Shown here: positions 46,383 through 60,499 of the stretch, one piece after another
Layout of the letters: every line of letters begins with the position of its first letter
How positions within the stretch are numbered: position 1 is the first letter of the stretch
Origin: Podarcis liolepis
Taxonomy: Eukaryota
NCBI GenBank assembly: GCA_965112155.1
Contig: OZ218100.1
Length of the DNA: 64,000 bases
Reading direction: 5' to 3' (one strand)
Translations under genes and position numbers: made by a program
Notes under the pieces: generated by a model
Database searches by the model: none
What the model was told of the DNA's origin: nothing
Seen by the model: the letters and a program-made list of their open reading frames with translations, nothing else

Positions 46383-49300
46383 GACACACACACAACTTCT
46401 TAAAACAATAATGTTTCCAAACCCCAACCACACCCCAAATAAGCAACTGTAAACGCGGGGGGGGGGGGGAGTGAGAGAAAAGCCCTTGCCCAAGGCAGTA
46501 TTATGCTCACCAGGTGCTCTGAAAGGCCTCTCTGCAGCGTTTGAGCTCTGATTCTAGTTTCATACATTAAAGTCATCCTTTTGATGTCGCAGTTCTCAAG
46601 GGATGAAAAAGCATGGGTAGTAATGCAAAGGTATGCCATTTCCATCATTGCCACCACCACGGCCCCAAATTGAGAGAATATTTGCATCTAGCAACATCTG
46701 ACCAGGTATACTTTCCACTCATAGTAAACCACTTTCAAGTACTGTTATTTCAGTGAACAAATAAATGAAGTCTTATAGAAACATTTTTTCTTGCGGGTGG
46801 GGGAGAAACTTTGTAAGATCAAAAGATGTCCTTACCAACAGAGCCTGAAAGCAGGATAACTACCCTTGTAAACTCTGGCCTAGTTCACTGCATCCGATTC
46901 ATTTGTTTTACCATTATTCATTCATCGAAGTGATAAGCACTCACAGGTGCAAATGCAAAACCAGTTTATGGAGGGAAGTGCACAGGAAAGGTCAGTGGGA
47001 AAACTGCTGGAGGGTGAGGCTTTCATTGATAAAATAAATGCGGATGTGTTCCTACACAAGGTTCTGTCAAGGAAGAATAATTATGATTCCAATGAGATCT
47101 CTCCCCCCCCCCCCCATTCTCAAGTATAATAGAAAGCAATCTGTTCTCAAAATGGATAAAACAGGAAATATCAGTATCTAGCAGATAAAGAGCATATCAT
47201 TTATTATTAATGAAATTTGTGGTTCAATTGCAACAAATACTGAGCATTTAATACCAAGTTTTCCGTCAATAAATGCATCCCCTATGATATGCAATACTAC
47301 TTGCCATCACTTGGGAGACCCAACTGATGCTTTATTTATTCAGTAAGAATTCCAGCTTTGCCTTTCAATGTGACCTACTGTGCTCTCTACTCACAGATAA
47401 CCCATGCACATTAATGGAACTTCTGCTGACGCGGTGCTGCAAGGATCAGACCAGTGTAATACGTGAATTTATTTCTCAATCAACAAGAGAACAGTCTTTG
47501 ATAAGTGCAGTGCAGTCCTACGTCTCTCTGTTCAGAAGCATCCCCTCCCCACTTAATTCAATGAGACTTACTCACAGGTAAGCGTGTATACGATTTCAGC
47601 CAGAATGGTACAAAACTACAAGGGAAAAAAGACGAAAGCCTAGGGGATAAAAAGAAAGCACAGGCAAATGCTGTCATTCATTAAGTCTCTTGACTAAAGC
47701 CTTGACTGTTACTTCACTCTTGAGCTGTTTCACACACACATCCAAGCAACTGGACTAAAGGATACACATGATGCTTAAGAAAACTGTGAAATCTCTTCCT
47801 TTGTTTGAAACAGCATTGCAAAATCACAGCTGTATTTCTAACAGCAAAAGCCCTCTGATATAAGGAAAGCTGTTAAGAGCGTGGCTTTCAGTTCCATTCT
47901 GGAGTCGTGATTTTGTCTTTTATGGCAAGTACAACTAAGAGAAATAATCTGAAATGATCTAGAACGAGATTGTCTTTCACTAAAGGTCACACCAGTCTTG
48001 TCCATCAATGCACTTCTGTTACAAGCACATTGTCCCTGATTCTCAGCATGAACTCTACATAGCTTTGGATACAGGAGGAATACAGAGACCCTCTTGTGTG
48101 GAATGTGCTCTAGTGCATTCATTGTGCGGAGAAGGGAAAAATGTTCTGCTTATGTCAGTGCCCTGCAGAGACTGGAGAACTGCTGGTGCTGCCGTCACTG
48201 GGCACCAAAACCAGGGCACGGATTGTGCACCAAAGCCAGAGTCAGCCACTAAGGAGCCAGCTATTTGTTTCACAACAAAGCACTGCAAGTAAGTAGTAGT
48301 TGAGGGCTGGGTAGAGATTAGATCAGAAATCAACACCAACACATACAGTAACTTGAAGACAGGCTGCGAAGTTCAGTAACCCCCAAATTCAGGACATCAA
48401 CCAAGTGTGGGCTGTGGACCTCATTACACTTGGTTTCTGTTACCCTAAAGGTGGAAAAGTACCAAATTATCTCCTAGGCAAGATCCACATTGCAGCCCCT
48501 GCATTTGCAAGGCAGGGTTGCCTTGGGGATTTTTGCAAATGCAATTGCTGCTCACCATGGAGCACATTCATAACTCGAGTCCATACTACCTGCCACTGGG
48601 AAGCACAATAAAAAGTGGGAGGATCTATGTGGCATTTGAGATGTCTTTTTAAAAATTATGTACTCAGGGTTTATGTAGACTGCTTGATTGTAAAAGCAAC
48701 AGCAACTTCTAAGTAGATTACCAAAATATATCCCCTGCCATCGCTGATTCTCCACCTCCCACTGCATGTTACATAGCCTGTTTCTTTCCTTATGCCTAAT
48801 TCTCTTTCTCATGCCATACCCTGGCAGGGCGAACCATTCACTGTGTATCCATCCATTCAAGGCAGCAGCAAGCACAGAGTGAATCAAAAGGAGGCAAGGA
48901 GCAATACCAGCCCTGAACGTGGATCAGCCCCTAAAGTTCAAAAAATAATCTATCCCAATCTTATAAACTGGAACACAGAAGAAGCTGGATTTTCAACCAA
49001 CCAGCCAATCAATATCCAATGCATATGGTATCTTAGGAAACAAATTCAGCACCTTAAAGCAGCTTTCCCAACCTGGTGCTCTGTAGATGCTTTGAACTAC
49101 AACTTCCATCTAGTTGATGGAAGCAGCACAACATAGCTATGCCAGTCACATTAAATCACCACCATATTTTAAAGACAGGGAGAAACTCCACTGGTAGGAC
49201 TCCCAGCCTAAATAAGGACACACTTTCTCTGCACCTTGTGCTATTGGTTACTTATTAGTTTTCCACGCTAATAGCGGAAACACATGCACGATAAATGAGA

Positions 49301-49589
49301 AGAAAATCACGTCTGAGAGGTAACATGATTTATGCAATTGGCATTTAGCTATAGATCCATGGTACTGCTAAGCAATACTTTAATTCCTTCAAATATGGAC
49401 CAGTTGGCTAGCAGTACATAAGCCACCAATTATGGCTGCGAAAGGACAATTTCAATGGGACATGGATGGGATCCTAACAGAAGCATCACAGAAGGAAGGA
49501 AGGATTTTCTTGAAGTGGATTGTGCCCAAGTAAGCCATAAGGAAAGTGTTGTGTATCCATATATAGGCTTAGAAAAAAAAGGGGGGGAG

Positions 49590-49720
49590 CGAAAAAAATT
49601 GCAAGAAAAAAAGCAAGCCCATAGGGAAATTCGTCTTGCGAAGCGCATCGAAAAACGGAAAACCCTTTCGTCTAGCGGGTTTTTCGTCTTGCGAGGCATT
49701 CGTCTTGCGGGGCACCACTG
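49590..49720. mobile_element. Truncated family A MITE (one TIR)
   Basis: cgtcttgcggggcaccactg|TA end, reverse complement of the start of 5953-6257. Confidence 0.8.
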
Positions 49721-51269
49721 TACATGTACAAACCTGTAACTTTAATGGAATTATGTGCTTTATATAATTGTTTCAACAATTACTGCCTATGCATTTCTTA
49801 ATACAAAGAAGAACTCTTTCTTTTAAGGGCATCTGTCCAATACTTACTCAGTTTTTCACACACCCATGTGAAACTACTTGCATTTACTAAATAATTAGAT
49901 CAAGGCAAAGTAGGAACCTGCTAACTGATACTTTATTGAAGGACAGCAATGAAGATCACAGATTTTAAATAGCGTATGTATGGTGCCAAAGCCCATCTTC
50001 TCCATCAATCATTTTAAGCTGTGCAGTTTCTTTGGACTGGGCAAAGAAATAAAACCCCTTATTGAACAAATACGTATGTACTCCCCCAATTATTGTGATA
50101 TAATACAACAATGAAAAAACTAATTTATGTCGAGGGACCTATAGCAAATAATTAAATGAAATTCTCCAGTAAAATACCATGAACCAAACAGCTTTGGGTT
50201 ATTCTGTATTACTAGATGAACAGAGCTCATTCATAGTCTTTGCACAAAAAGCTGTGGTATGTTACTTACGCCACAAAATGTAAATTTCGCAGCTGGAAGA
50301 CAATGAAAGGCGTAGCCCAAAAGCCACATTCTGAAATGGAACCAGCCTGGGATAAATGATTTGAGGTGCTTTATGGCCTAAGCATTGCAATGCAGCAAGC
50401 ATTAAAAGGAAGATGGAGAAGAGAAAACTATGCAATAGCTCTTTTTAAAGGCATGATTTTTCTCGGGTGGGAGGTATTAATAGGAAGATGACTATAATTA
50501 CACCTGGTGGAATCAAGCATTTGTGCAGTAGACTGACTGAAAGAGAAATCTAAATAAAAAAACCTATGCTTCATTGTCAGGGGTTATTCCTCCCTCGGTT
50601 TAACCAAGTGGTATCTAAAATATGCCAACAAAACAGTCAGTGGAATCAGACATCTTGGAGGAAAAGAGGAATTAGTTGCAATGGCACCTGATCTGGTGCT
50701 TGCCTCAAGGCAATGCTCCATAGTAGTCTACTATCTTCAACACAGTAGTCTGCTAACTCCATAGCTGTCTACTAACTTGAGGACAGCAGTCTGGGCGTCC
50801 TAAAAGTACCACATTTAAGGACGCCAAGATTTAGAAAACCTGTATGTTCTTTGTAATTACCTTGAATCCTAACTAGGTTTCTGTGAATGGAGAGGATCCT
50901 TCGATTCACTGATGGGACTTGGATCTAGTGCATGATTCTGCTGGCAGAAAGGGGCAAGGCATTTTCTCCAGTTCTTCATTCCCATGTCTCATGCTGCTTT
51001 GGAGAACTGTCCAAACAAGGTTTTTGGGACAGGGCAGGAGGGACGGGACTACAAAAGGAAGGAGAAAATTACTGAAGGTCACTTGTTCTGCTGACAGAAG
51101 TGTCACATGAGTGGAACTTTGCTCAGAGGATGCTTCTACCAGCAGGAGTAAGCTCAGGATCCCAGCCTTTGTAAAGAGGCCATTTTGTAGGTTCATTTAG
51201 GCAAGATTAAAACAGATTTCATTTTCAGCATTTTGCAGTGCCATTTTGAGGAGGAAGCAGAAGTTCTTT

Positions 51270-52722
51270 TTAAGATTTGAGTTTCCTCTTGCTTTCTTCA
51301 TCCCAGTCAAAGTCTAGGGTGGAATCATCAAAATCAGCTACTGAGAACAAAGATTTTCCTGTGCCAGTGCTGGCTCTTCCCGGTTCAAAGCACTTCCTTG
51401 AGTGCCCCACGCTATTGGAGGTTTGGGCTTCCAATGGCTCCCTCTGTCTGTCCCTGTCATTACTGGTGACATGCAACAAAACTGGAGACTTTGGCTTTGA
51501 TTCAGCTGATGGCTTGAAGGCAAAGCTGGCTAATTTTGCCAGTATACCGGAGCACACTTTTTTCGTGTTCGCACCATCTGATATTTCCTCTCTCATTCTT
51601 GCCTTTTTTGTGGAGGAAGGGAGTGAATGATCGTTTTGCTCCTCCTCCTCTCTTTGGTTATCACAAGGGCGTTTCTCCATTCTATTATTTCCCACCTTAG
51701 TATTGTGTTCCTTGTGGTGTTTCTCAGGACAGCCTTGTCCCCTTGGCTTCCCCACTTTTGACACAGTGTTGGTAGAAGTGTGAGGGCTGCAGACAGTATC
51801 AGGCAATTGGGCATGATTTTCATTTTCAGAAGGCCAAGCAAGCTTTGGCTTCTGCTTACGCTGAAACTTAGCTAGTTTAGCAGCTGCAGGTCCCAAATCT
51901 TCCAGGATTTCAGGTTTAGTAGAACTTCCTGCTGCACCTTTATTTGTTTGGCCTCTGTTTCGCTTTCTGGTTGAAGTAGCACACTTCTGTTGCCTTAAAA
52001 ATGTGCTGTGAGGTGGGGAAGCACCCAAGTCTGTTCTGGGGTGTTGTGGAAGAGCAGCTGGACCAGGAGAAAATAAAGTTGGAGAACACTCAACCTTCGG
52101 ATCTGGGGTACTTGCACAAAACCCATTAACTCCTTCAATGTTTTCCCTGTGCCATTTCTTAGAGGCCCTGTGAGTAATCACTAAATCAGGTGAGGTACAA
52201 TCCGCTGCATTTGGGCCTTTGTCACTTGCTCCTGAAGGTAAGCTTGTGGGCTTGGTTGCCTTCCCCCCATCAAGACTAGAGGCAGCCTGTCTGCAAGCAT
52301 TTCCCAGAGCTATTGTTGTTGGTGTGGTTTGCTTGGCTTCACTTAAGTCATTTCTTTCTTTAGAGCAGGGTTTGTTGTGTGGGGCTTTCAAAGACGTTCT
52401 TGCAGTTGGAGACATTCTTGCAACTGGAGACTCATAAATGCTCTTCTCAGCTTCAGTGCTGCTGTCCGTCATACTGTCAAACCAGCTCAAGCTACTGTCC
52501 TTGCTGCATTCACTGGGTTTGCCCCACTCCTTTGTTACTCTGTTATCATCAGATGTCTGGCTGCTTGAGAATATTAGGTACTTATCAGGTTGCAATTGTA
52601 TATTATTGCCCTCTTGGTCTGAATGTTGTGGACGAGACATCTGCTCCGGTTTCTCAAGTGTGCAATTGTTTGAGGATGCCTCTTTGGACTGCAGAAACTG
52701 AGACAAATTTTCATTCTGCAAT
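51270..52722 (-). CDS. MCM9: MCM9 terminal coding exon (long disordered C-terminal extension)
   Basis: Acceptor ttttgcAG|A in phase 2, continuing the previous exon; motifs AKLAKF, LAKLASFAFKP, KSLFS..LDFDWDEE typical of the MCM9 tail; stop TAA at 51272-51270. Confidence 0.92.
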
Positions 52723-53051
52723 CTGCAAAACAAAAACAAAATATATTTTACAAAAATAAACTATATTTTCCCCTTCCCTGATCCTATGAAATGCAGGATC
52801 TGCTCCATCTATGTTTGGGTTCACAGCCCTAATTATTTATTTTGATTTTGGTAAGCATATAAGTAAATGTAAGCAACTGTCTAATTACAGAGTTATTATT
52901 CGGCACCATGCCTCTTCACTTTGATACCCTGGACAGTAAGTTTATTAGTGGCCATCCTATGCTACTGCCTATTGCAATAGCACATGTGTTGCCTGAATCC
53001 ACTGTGATTTGCAAGGGCTTTTTTTTTGCCTCCCGTATAAATGTTTATCAC

Positions 53052-53197
53052 CTGTCAAGTCTTTGGAATTCTTCACGCAGAATGTCCTGGAGTTCCAGCT
53101 TCTCGAGGATCAGTTTACACTGCATTCGATACTGCTCCAGTGGATTTTCAGGAAATGATGTGTGCAGTGCATTGACACCTCCAAGGAGTGCACCTCC
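53052..53197 (-). CDS. MCM9: MCM9 exon (146 nt)
   Basis: [49 protein letters not shown]; AG/GT boundaries, phases consistent. Confidence 0.95.
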
Positions 53198-53691
53198 CTA
53201 CAGGAAAGAAGGAGAAATACAATGCAAATGAACTTTAATTAGATATGTCTGTGTGTAAACTTATATGCCGTTAAAAGGGTTATGACACAGCACACAGATC
53301 GGCAGGTTTTCTAGCACTGAATAAAACTGCTATCAAACTAACCCTGTATATTTAGCTTATAAAAACAGGCATTTGCACCCTTCTTCAGTGCAGCGTGTGT
53401 GGGCACAATGACATGCACGAGGACCTTCCATTCTGCCTGCACAAGGCTCTCCTTCCCTGATGCCTTGCTCACCATCATGGTTTCAGTAGTGGTGGTGGTA
53501 GGACAGTAGAAGCAGAAGACATTTTATTTACAGGCTCAAATGTACAAAACTGAGGGCTAATGTTAGGAATTGTTGAAGATTAGTTCTGAGGTGTGGAAAC
53601 GTGGTCTCCTTGTTGCGTTGTGAAGCTTGCTTTCCGATCACATGTACCACAAAGAACTGTTTCAACTGCCAGTCTCTACAAGGAAACTCAC

Positions 53692-53774
53692 CTGCATTGA
53701 AGACTCCATCACTGAAACCACGGTTACTGCATCTTCCACAGTCACAGTATCTCTAAACATCAACCGAGCATGTG
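53692..53774 (-). CDS. MCM9: MCM9 exon (83 nt)
   Basis: [28 protein letters not shown]; AG/GT boundaries. Confidence 0.95.
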
Positions 53775-54370
53775 CTAAAAACAAACAACAACAACAAATG
53801 TTGCTGAAACTGATGAGCAGATGGTTAGGTTAAATTTATTAAATGCATATGCCACCTATTTAGAAAGCTCTAGATGGAAAGCGATAATGGAATTACACTA
53901 GCAACAGTTTCTGATTTAAATCTAAAAAAAGTACTGTTGCACATGACCCCAACCTCTGAGCGGTGTGAGATTCCAGGCGCTTACTTACACCCACCAACTG
54001 AAGCACTGCTTACCCATATTAGGGCTCCTGGTGGTAGGTGTAGTATTTAAAAGCCTCTCAATCCGTGTTACAACTCACACATTTGCAAGCCAGAGTGGCC
54101 ATAGCCTAGCTACAGCATACAATGCTGGGGCATGGAAACCCTATATATATGCAGGTGCTGCTGCACTGTATAAAACCCTTTTAGAGCTTCACCATACTGA
54201 GTGCCAACAGAAACAAGCATTTGTTGTAGCCCCTGGAGTATTCAAACACGCACTTAGGAGTTTAGTCCAATCAGCTGCATGACCTGGTTCCAGCACTGCC
54301 ATGAAACGTTTCCCAATTTATTTTGTGTGATGTAAGTGCTAGAAAAGGACGAGGAAACCCAAGCTCTCAC

Positions 54371-54574
54371 CTTCAGCTAATCGTATCAAGCTCTCTAATA
54401 AGCGGATGGTGGTTCGCGCAGCGTTCCTGCAATCGCTCTGCCTCTGCATCTGATAATAGCGGACAAGAATCAAGTTGCTTTCATCAGTCAATACCGGCTG
54501 CAGGTTCTTTATAAGGCAGAAATATGTTTTCATTTTTTCCATAGTCCACAGCTTTTCAGACACACTTGGGCAAG
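54371..54574 (-). CDS. MCM9: MCM9 exon (204 nt; sensor-2/lid region)
   Basis: [18 protein letters not shown]...[19 protein letters not shown]; AG/GT boundaries. Confidence 0.95.
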
Positions 54575-54777
54575 CTGCATGAGAAGAGTTTGCAGAAAGA
54601 ACTGCATTAACAAAATAAGACATAGAGTAGAAATCAATAGACTTCATAATGACTACGCCATAGTTGGCTCCAACCCTCTGGTGCACTTATTCTGCATGAG
54701 CACAAATGGATATATAGTCTAGGTAGTGTAGAGATTCAGATATATTCTCTGTAACCGATTGCAAAAGCCACTGCTAC

Positions 54778-54980
54778 CTTTGTTTTCCAGTATGAATGAG
54801 GAAATTATGCGATCCCATTCTTCATTTCTTGTATCCAACAATACCAGGACAAGGTCGAACCTGCTAAGGAGAGGGCTGCCAAGGGCGATGTTCACAGAGA
54901 CAGATTCATTAGGGTCATACTGCCCCTTTGGATTGGTTGCTGCCAAGATAGTGGTCCTTGTATTCAGCTTGCACACTAAA
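54778..54980 (-). CDS. MCM9: MCM9 exon (203 nt; sensor 1, arginine finger)
   Basis: [19 protein letters not shown]...[14 protein letters not shown]...ILENK; AG/GT boundaries. Confidence 0.96.
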
Positions 54981-56432
54981 CTGAAGAGAAACATGATCGA
55001 TATTGACACAGAACTATGTTAAACCACCACCCTATTGCCCAAAGGAACACTTTCGGGTACTTTCCATTTTGAACCTTCCCTTCAGAAATTTCACATAGGC
55101 TGATCGGATAGGAGAAAAGATGAGGTGACAAACTAGCTGGAAAGGTTTGCGGAACCTAAGGCAAATAAAGTGTGGTTTTGGATGAATGTGATGAACTGCA
55201 AATATAGGTAACAGGTAAGATCAGCAGCCAGAACCCTGTCTGGACTGGAGGCCACATCCATAATTTTAAATTGGCAGTAGAGTTGCTAATAAGCCAGCAT
55301 TAGATCAGTAAACTTGTTTTGTCAGGTAGCTAAAACTAAAGTCTGAAAAGCCAATTTTAAAAACCTGAATACTCCAGATTCTGCTCATAACCCACCCAGC
55401 TCCATCCTCCCTCTTCTACAATCTACCAGAAGGTCTCACTACGTAGCATCACCGGGGGGGCGGGGAGGGGAAGGATTTTTTAGATCAAAAGTTGACAATC
55501 TTAACACTGGGGGGGGAAATTGCATGCTCTCTCCTATGTGGGCAAATGTAAACTCTTTTAAACGGTTGTCTCTGCCACTTGGACACACACACACACGCCT
55601 GTTTGATGCACAGACATGTCTGTGTTCTTCCACTTGCAGGCACACTCATAAATACACAGATGTTTGCAAATATACACAATCTCACTATACAAACTACCAC
55701 GATCATAAGAACGGTGTCTATAACAACATTTAGTTTGGTGCACCCCCCCCCCAATCCCTTAATTCATTTGACCTTGACCCGAGGTTTGTTTTCAGAGCTA
55801 CAGAAGGGTGTTTTGTCCAAGTAAGCATAACTCTCTCAGTGCAGACATTTAGACAGCTGTTCTAAATCTGACTTCGAAGTGATCTATTTCCAGTTGGTGC
55901 CATCTTCGCTCTTACCTCATTGTACTGAGAGGGAGCAAGTACAGCACCAAGAATCTTAGCTTTCATATTTGTAGTACATAACATGGGAAAAGTATTTTGA
56001 CTCTTAGCCAGTAACAACAGAGATTCAAAAAAGAAATCAAGAGTTGACCCCCACTCTGTAATGCCTTAAGGATGTCTAAATATGGAAGTGAAAGGTTGCA
56101 GCCCCAGAACACATACTTGGAATGGAGGAAAGGTCTAAAATTCCATCTGCAGCACAAAACAACTGTTTCATTGCTCTCCTGACTAAAAATGGTTTTCCTT
56201 TTTTAAAAAAAACAACAACACTGAAAATAGTTCCCAATAGTGGTCATTTTAAAGTTGTGTATATGTCTGGTCTAGTACTGGTACAATAAGATGCAAACAT
56301 AGGGTCAAAGAACATAATTCCCTCCCATTTTTGTGGCTTGTAAAAGCTGAACAAGTACACTTAGCTCTTGCACCTTATGAATGTTTACTCAGAAGCCAAG
56401 CCCCACTATGTTCAGTGGGGCATGCTCCCTAG

Positions 56433-56505
56433 TAAGGTAAAAGGTAAAGGATCCTTGGATGAATAAGTCCAGTCAAAGGCGACTATGGGGCTGCAGCGCT
56501 CATCA
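56433..56505 (-). mobile_element. Sauria SINE 3' fragment
   Basis: (aaggta)n tail followed by ccagtc..cgactatggg..gcgctcatc, as in 57313-57380. Confidence 0.65.
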
Positions 56506-56982
56506 ATTGTAGGGATAAGTTTCACCTCTTCACTGCGGGAAGTTGGGAAGGTGGTGAGACAAAAAGGGAATGAACAGCCAGTCAACAGAAGCTGTGTTTT
56601 TCCCTACCTGGTAGAGGTCTGAAAATTGAAGGAAGTACTTAGCACTGACTGCAATGGCTAATACCTTGTCATATAGTGAGAACAGCTAAAACTTTGAGAT
56701 TTGCTGGGATGGAATTTTATACTCCTTAGCTTTCTGGTTTCATGTATATTCGTGGGCATACGCCAGTTAGGCTGGAAGCAAATTAAAAAATAAATAAATT
56801 CCCTAGAGAGTTTAAAAGAAGGTCCATTGCTCATTCTGCTTTCCCTTCTGGAAAATGGACTGCAGGTTTCTGGCTTCTTTGAAAACCTACAAAGTTTGTT
56901 TGAGCAGACCCTCATGCAACAACAATACAAGAGTGGTGAAATAAACTAGCATCCATGGCGCTTAAAAAAAAAAAATTACTTA

Positions 56983-57195
<213 letters not shown>

Positions 57196-57312
57196 TCAAG
57201 ATCATTTGAACAAGGCTTAACAAGGGTCAGCCTAAAAAACGTAAAGGTGACAGTAGTACAATTTCCGGTGAAGACAGACCTGGTGCAGCTAGTGCCTTTT
57301 GTTACCACGAAA

Positions 57313-57679
57313 GTAAAGGTAAAGGTACCCCTGCCCATCAGGGCCAGTCGTGACCGACTCTAGGGTTGCGCGCTCATCTCGCTCAAGAGGCCGGGAGCCG
57401 GCGCTGTCCAAAGACACTTCCGGGTAACGTGGCCAGCGTGACTAAGCTGCATCTGGCGAGCCAGCACCAGCGCCGCACACGGAAACGCCGTTTACCTTCC
57501 CGCTAGAAAGCGGTCCCTATTTATCTACTTGCACTTAGGGGTGCTTTCGAACTGCTAGGTAGGCAGGAGCTGGGACCGAATGACGGGAGCTCACCCCGCC
57601 ACGGGGATTTGAACCGCCGACCTTTCGATTGGCAGGTCCTAGGCTCTGTGGTTTAACCCACAGCGCCACCCGTGTCCCC
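57313..57679 (-). mobile_element. Full-length Sauria SINE (Squam1-type)
   Basis: tRNA-like head ggggacacgggtggcgctgtggg, B box, (ACCTTT)n tail; 13-bp TSD tgttaccaYgaaa (57300-57312 and 57680-57692). Confidence 0.92.
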
Positions 57680-58947
57680 TGTTACCATGAAACTTCCTCA
57701 GAATTCCCTATGGAAGTTTAGTGTTTGTTTGTTTGTTTAAAAAAATCATTTTCTTAATTAACAAGGCAAAACAACAACTTACTTACCCAAGTACATGCAG
57801 ATTTAAAAATAAAATAAAATTAAGAACTGGGCAGCCTGCTTGGAGCATGTGTGAGGGGGGAAACTGGAGAAACTAGTGTTATGAGGTGTGTTTTTTGGGC
57901 GGGGGTATGTATTGGTATGTGTAGGCTGTATGCCTGAGCCTTCTTCTAATTTCTGGATCCAGCACAGACTCAATTCCTGGAGGAACCAGGCTTGCTTCCT
58001 GATGAGGTAAGTATGGGTCATTAAGGTAACAAAGGAAGTGGCTCTGTACCAGATGAATAAGGGGTGACACCCCCCCCCCTTCAACTCACTGGTAGTTAGA
58101 AAGACAAAGGGCAGAGTTGAGAGTTATGTGAACTAGCAAGTAGAAGCAAGGCTGCAAGCTGGGCAGCTGGGAGACAGAACCATGCCTGATTTCTGTTGGA
58201 ATAAAAGGCTGTGGCTATGAGAGGAGCAAGACCATTGGGGGGGTGTTAATGCTGTGAACCTCTACATGTAGGATCAGGTTGAGTATATGTGTAAGTAAAC
58301 AAGATAACATAGAGACACCACATTCTCCACTGTCTCTCATTCCAAAAGAAACACAAGCCCTGAATAAGTGCGTGGAACCCCCGTAATCTCGCATTGCTCA
58401 GAGACTGGGGTGGTGTGCAATACCTGTCATTCAAAATGCAAACCAAGGATGGAAGCCAGACTTAGTCCCTTGGCTAAGGGACCTCCTGCAAGTTCTCTCT
58501 TTACATTACACCTGCCTGCACCCTAAATCTGATATGTTATCATTCATGATACTATATAGTATAAATAGACTAATGGAAAATCAATTCACATTCATTTGTC
58601 AAAGGAAACTTGAAATTCAGTTGCATTTATGAAAGAGAGCACAGCAGCAGTGCATCCTTATCTCTGCTGCTCTGGTGGTTTCTTTTTTGAGTATGTTGCT
58701 GTCTGCTGAGCTACGCAAAGGGTGGGTAAGTTCTGGAGCAATGACTGTTGTACTTATCAACAGCTGTGGAGTGCACTTGTGCAAGTAAACACCTGGGACG
58801 CTGAACCAGGGTAGTAAGTTAAAGAGGTGCAATTGCACCATTAAAGCTTTTTATGGCTCACATGTGTGCAGCAAGAAATCAAACCTGGGACTTCCTCCTC
58901 ACACTGCAATTTTAAAAAGAGCTGGCCTGTGAGTGACAGTGCCTTAT

Positions 58948-59144
58948 AATAAAAAATTCCTTCCAGTAGCACCTTAAAGACCAACTAAGTTAGTTCTTGG
59001 TATGAGCTTTCGTGTGCATGCACACTTCTTCAGATACACACGAAAGCTCATACCAAGAACTAACTTAGTTGGTCTTTAAGGTGCTACTGGAAGGAATTTT
59101 TTATTTTGACTATGGCAGACCAACACGGCTACCTATCTACTACT
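58948..59144. mobile_element. Short Penelope-like insertion with inverted pseudo-LTR
   Basis: Perfect 69-bp inverted repeat (58948-59016 / 59037-59105), ggtctttaaggtgctac...ggcagaccaacacggcta PLE-type end, 12-bp TSD agtgccttataa (58938-58949 and 59145-59156). Confidence 0.85.
59000..59037 (-). ncRNA. Minimal type-I hammerhead ribozyme motif (PLE-type)
   Basis: Minus strand GUAU-CUGAAGA-A-GUGUGC-AU-GCACAC-GAAA-GCUC-AUAC. Confidence 0.8.
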
Positions 59145-60499
59145 AGTGCCTTATAAGTCACATGTCCATAAGCCACACAATGGCATGATTTAAATGTTGT
59201 AGTGCAAGAGAACAACCACTAGGGGGTTCCTGTAATTGTCATCCCTAGTTTGTCCCTCTGGGGGTTCCATAGAGGCTTCCTGTGCGAGCCAACAAGCAAC
59301 CACAAGAAAACGCCACCTATCACTAGAAAATAAAGACTGCTCCTCTTACCAACTGCCTGAATCCTATCTTTCCAACGCTACAAAAACATAGCATATGTTT
59401 AAAACACCCAGTGAAAAGGTAATTAGCAGTAACAATAACCTGAGCAGCAGAAAAAAGACAAAGGGATAATCAAAGCAATCTGAAAGACCTCCAGAAGAGA
59501 GCTACCATGGTCTGGCATCTGAAAGTTAGCAAGAAAACAAAGGCAAACTAGGACGTCCCACAGTTTTGATGCCCTTGCAGAAAAGGCCCTGGCTCATGTT
59601 GCAACCTACTGTGTTTCGGAAGGGGAGAACACACAAAAGCAGGGGCTCTGGAGGTGTCCACAATACGGCATTAATGCATATGTGGACTGCTGTTTCCATG
59701 TGCATGTTTGTGTGTGTACAGAAGTACAATTTTATGCCTCTATCCTGATGTTTCCCATCCAAAATCCGAATTCAGTCTGTGTGTTTTGGACGGGGGTGGG
59801 GGCAGATTGCTGCCACTTGGATGAAGACATCATATAGACACCAGGGGGAAAAACAGACACAAGCAGCTTCAAGTGCACTTTAAAATTCAGTGTGGACAAG
59901 CCCTCTGAGGAGGAGCCTGCACTTTGGTAGGTTTATGTGGGACCAGTCAATCCTTAAGCTAACCTGGGCCCAGACTATTTGTCTAGGGTTTTAAAAGTCA
60001 AAAACGAAGACTTTAAATTGAATCCAGAAACCAAGTGGGAGCTATTTTGGAGAGCAACCTAAACCCTGGCCAGGCAGTGATGGACCGATGGAGTGGCGTA
60101 GTCCCTACATTAACGCTCTTGTTCCACAGGTTAGCTGGGGTAGTAGTCCAGCAGATCTTGAGCTGACTCAGCCCCTCCATGGGGGGGGGGGCTTGTGGTG
60201 TGTTTATGCACTTTGCAGATCACCACGCTTTTATTCCACACTTTTCAATGCACTCCTCACTTTCCAATTCGCAAAAAAAAAATCTGTTTCTTTTTTAAAA
60301 GAGGATTTGTTTCACTAGGCCGAGTGTGTGCTTTAATCCACTTTAACTGCACAAATCCATCCCACAGAATGCTGAGAGGTATGGAGGCATCCTAAAAGCA
60401 CATACATGCAATCATTAGTTTAAAATAAAGCCCGCCATTTATTCTTTTTTTTGGGGGGGGAGCAATCAACATGGGCAGTGTTTCTTTTCCCCTTTTCTT

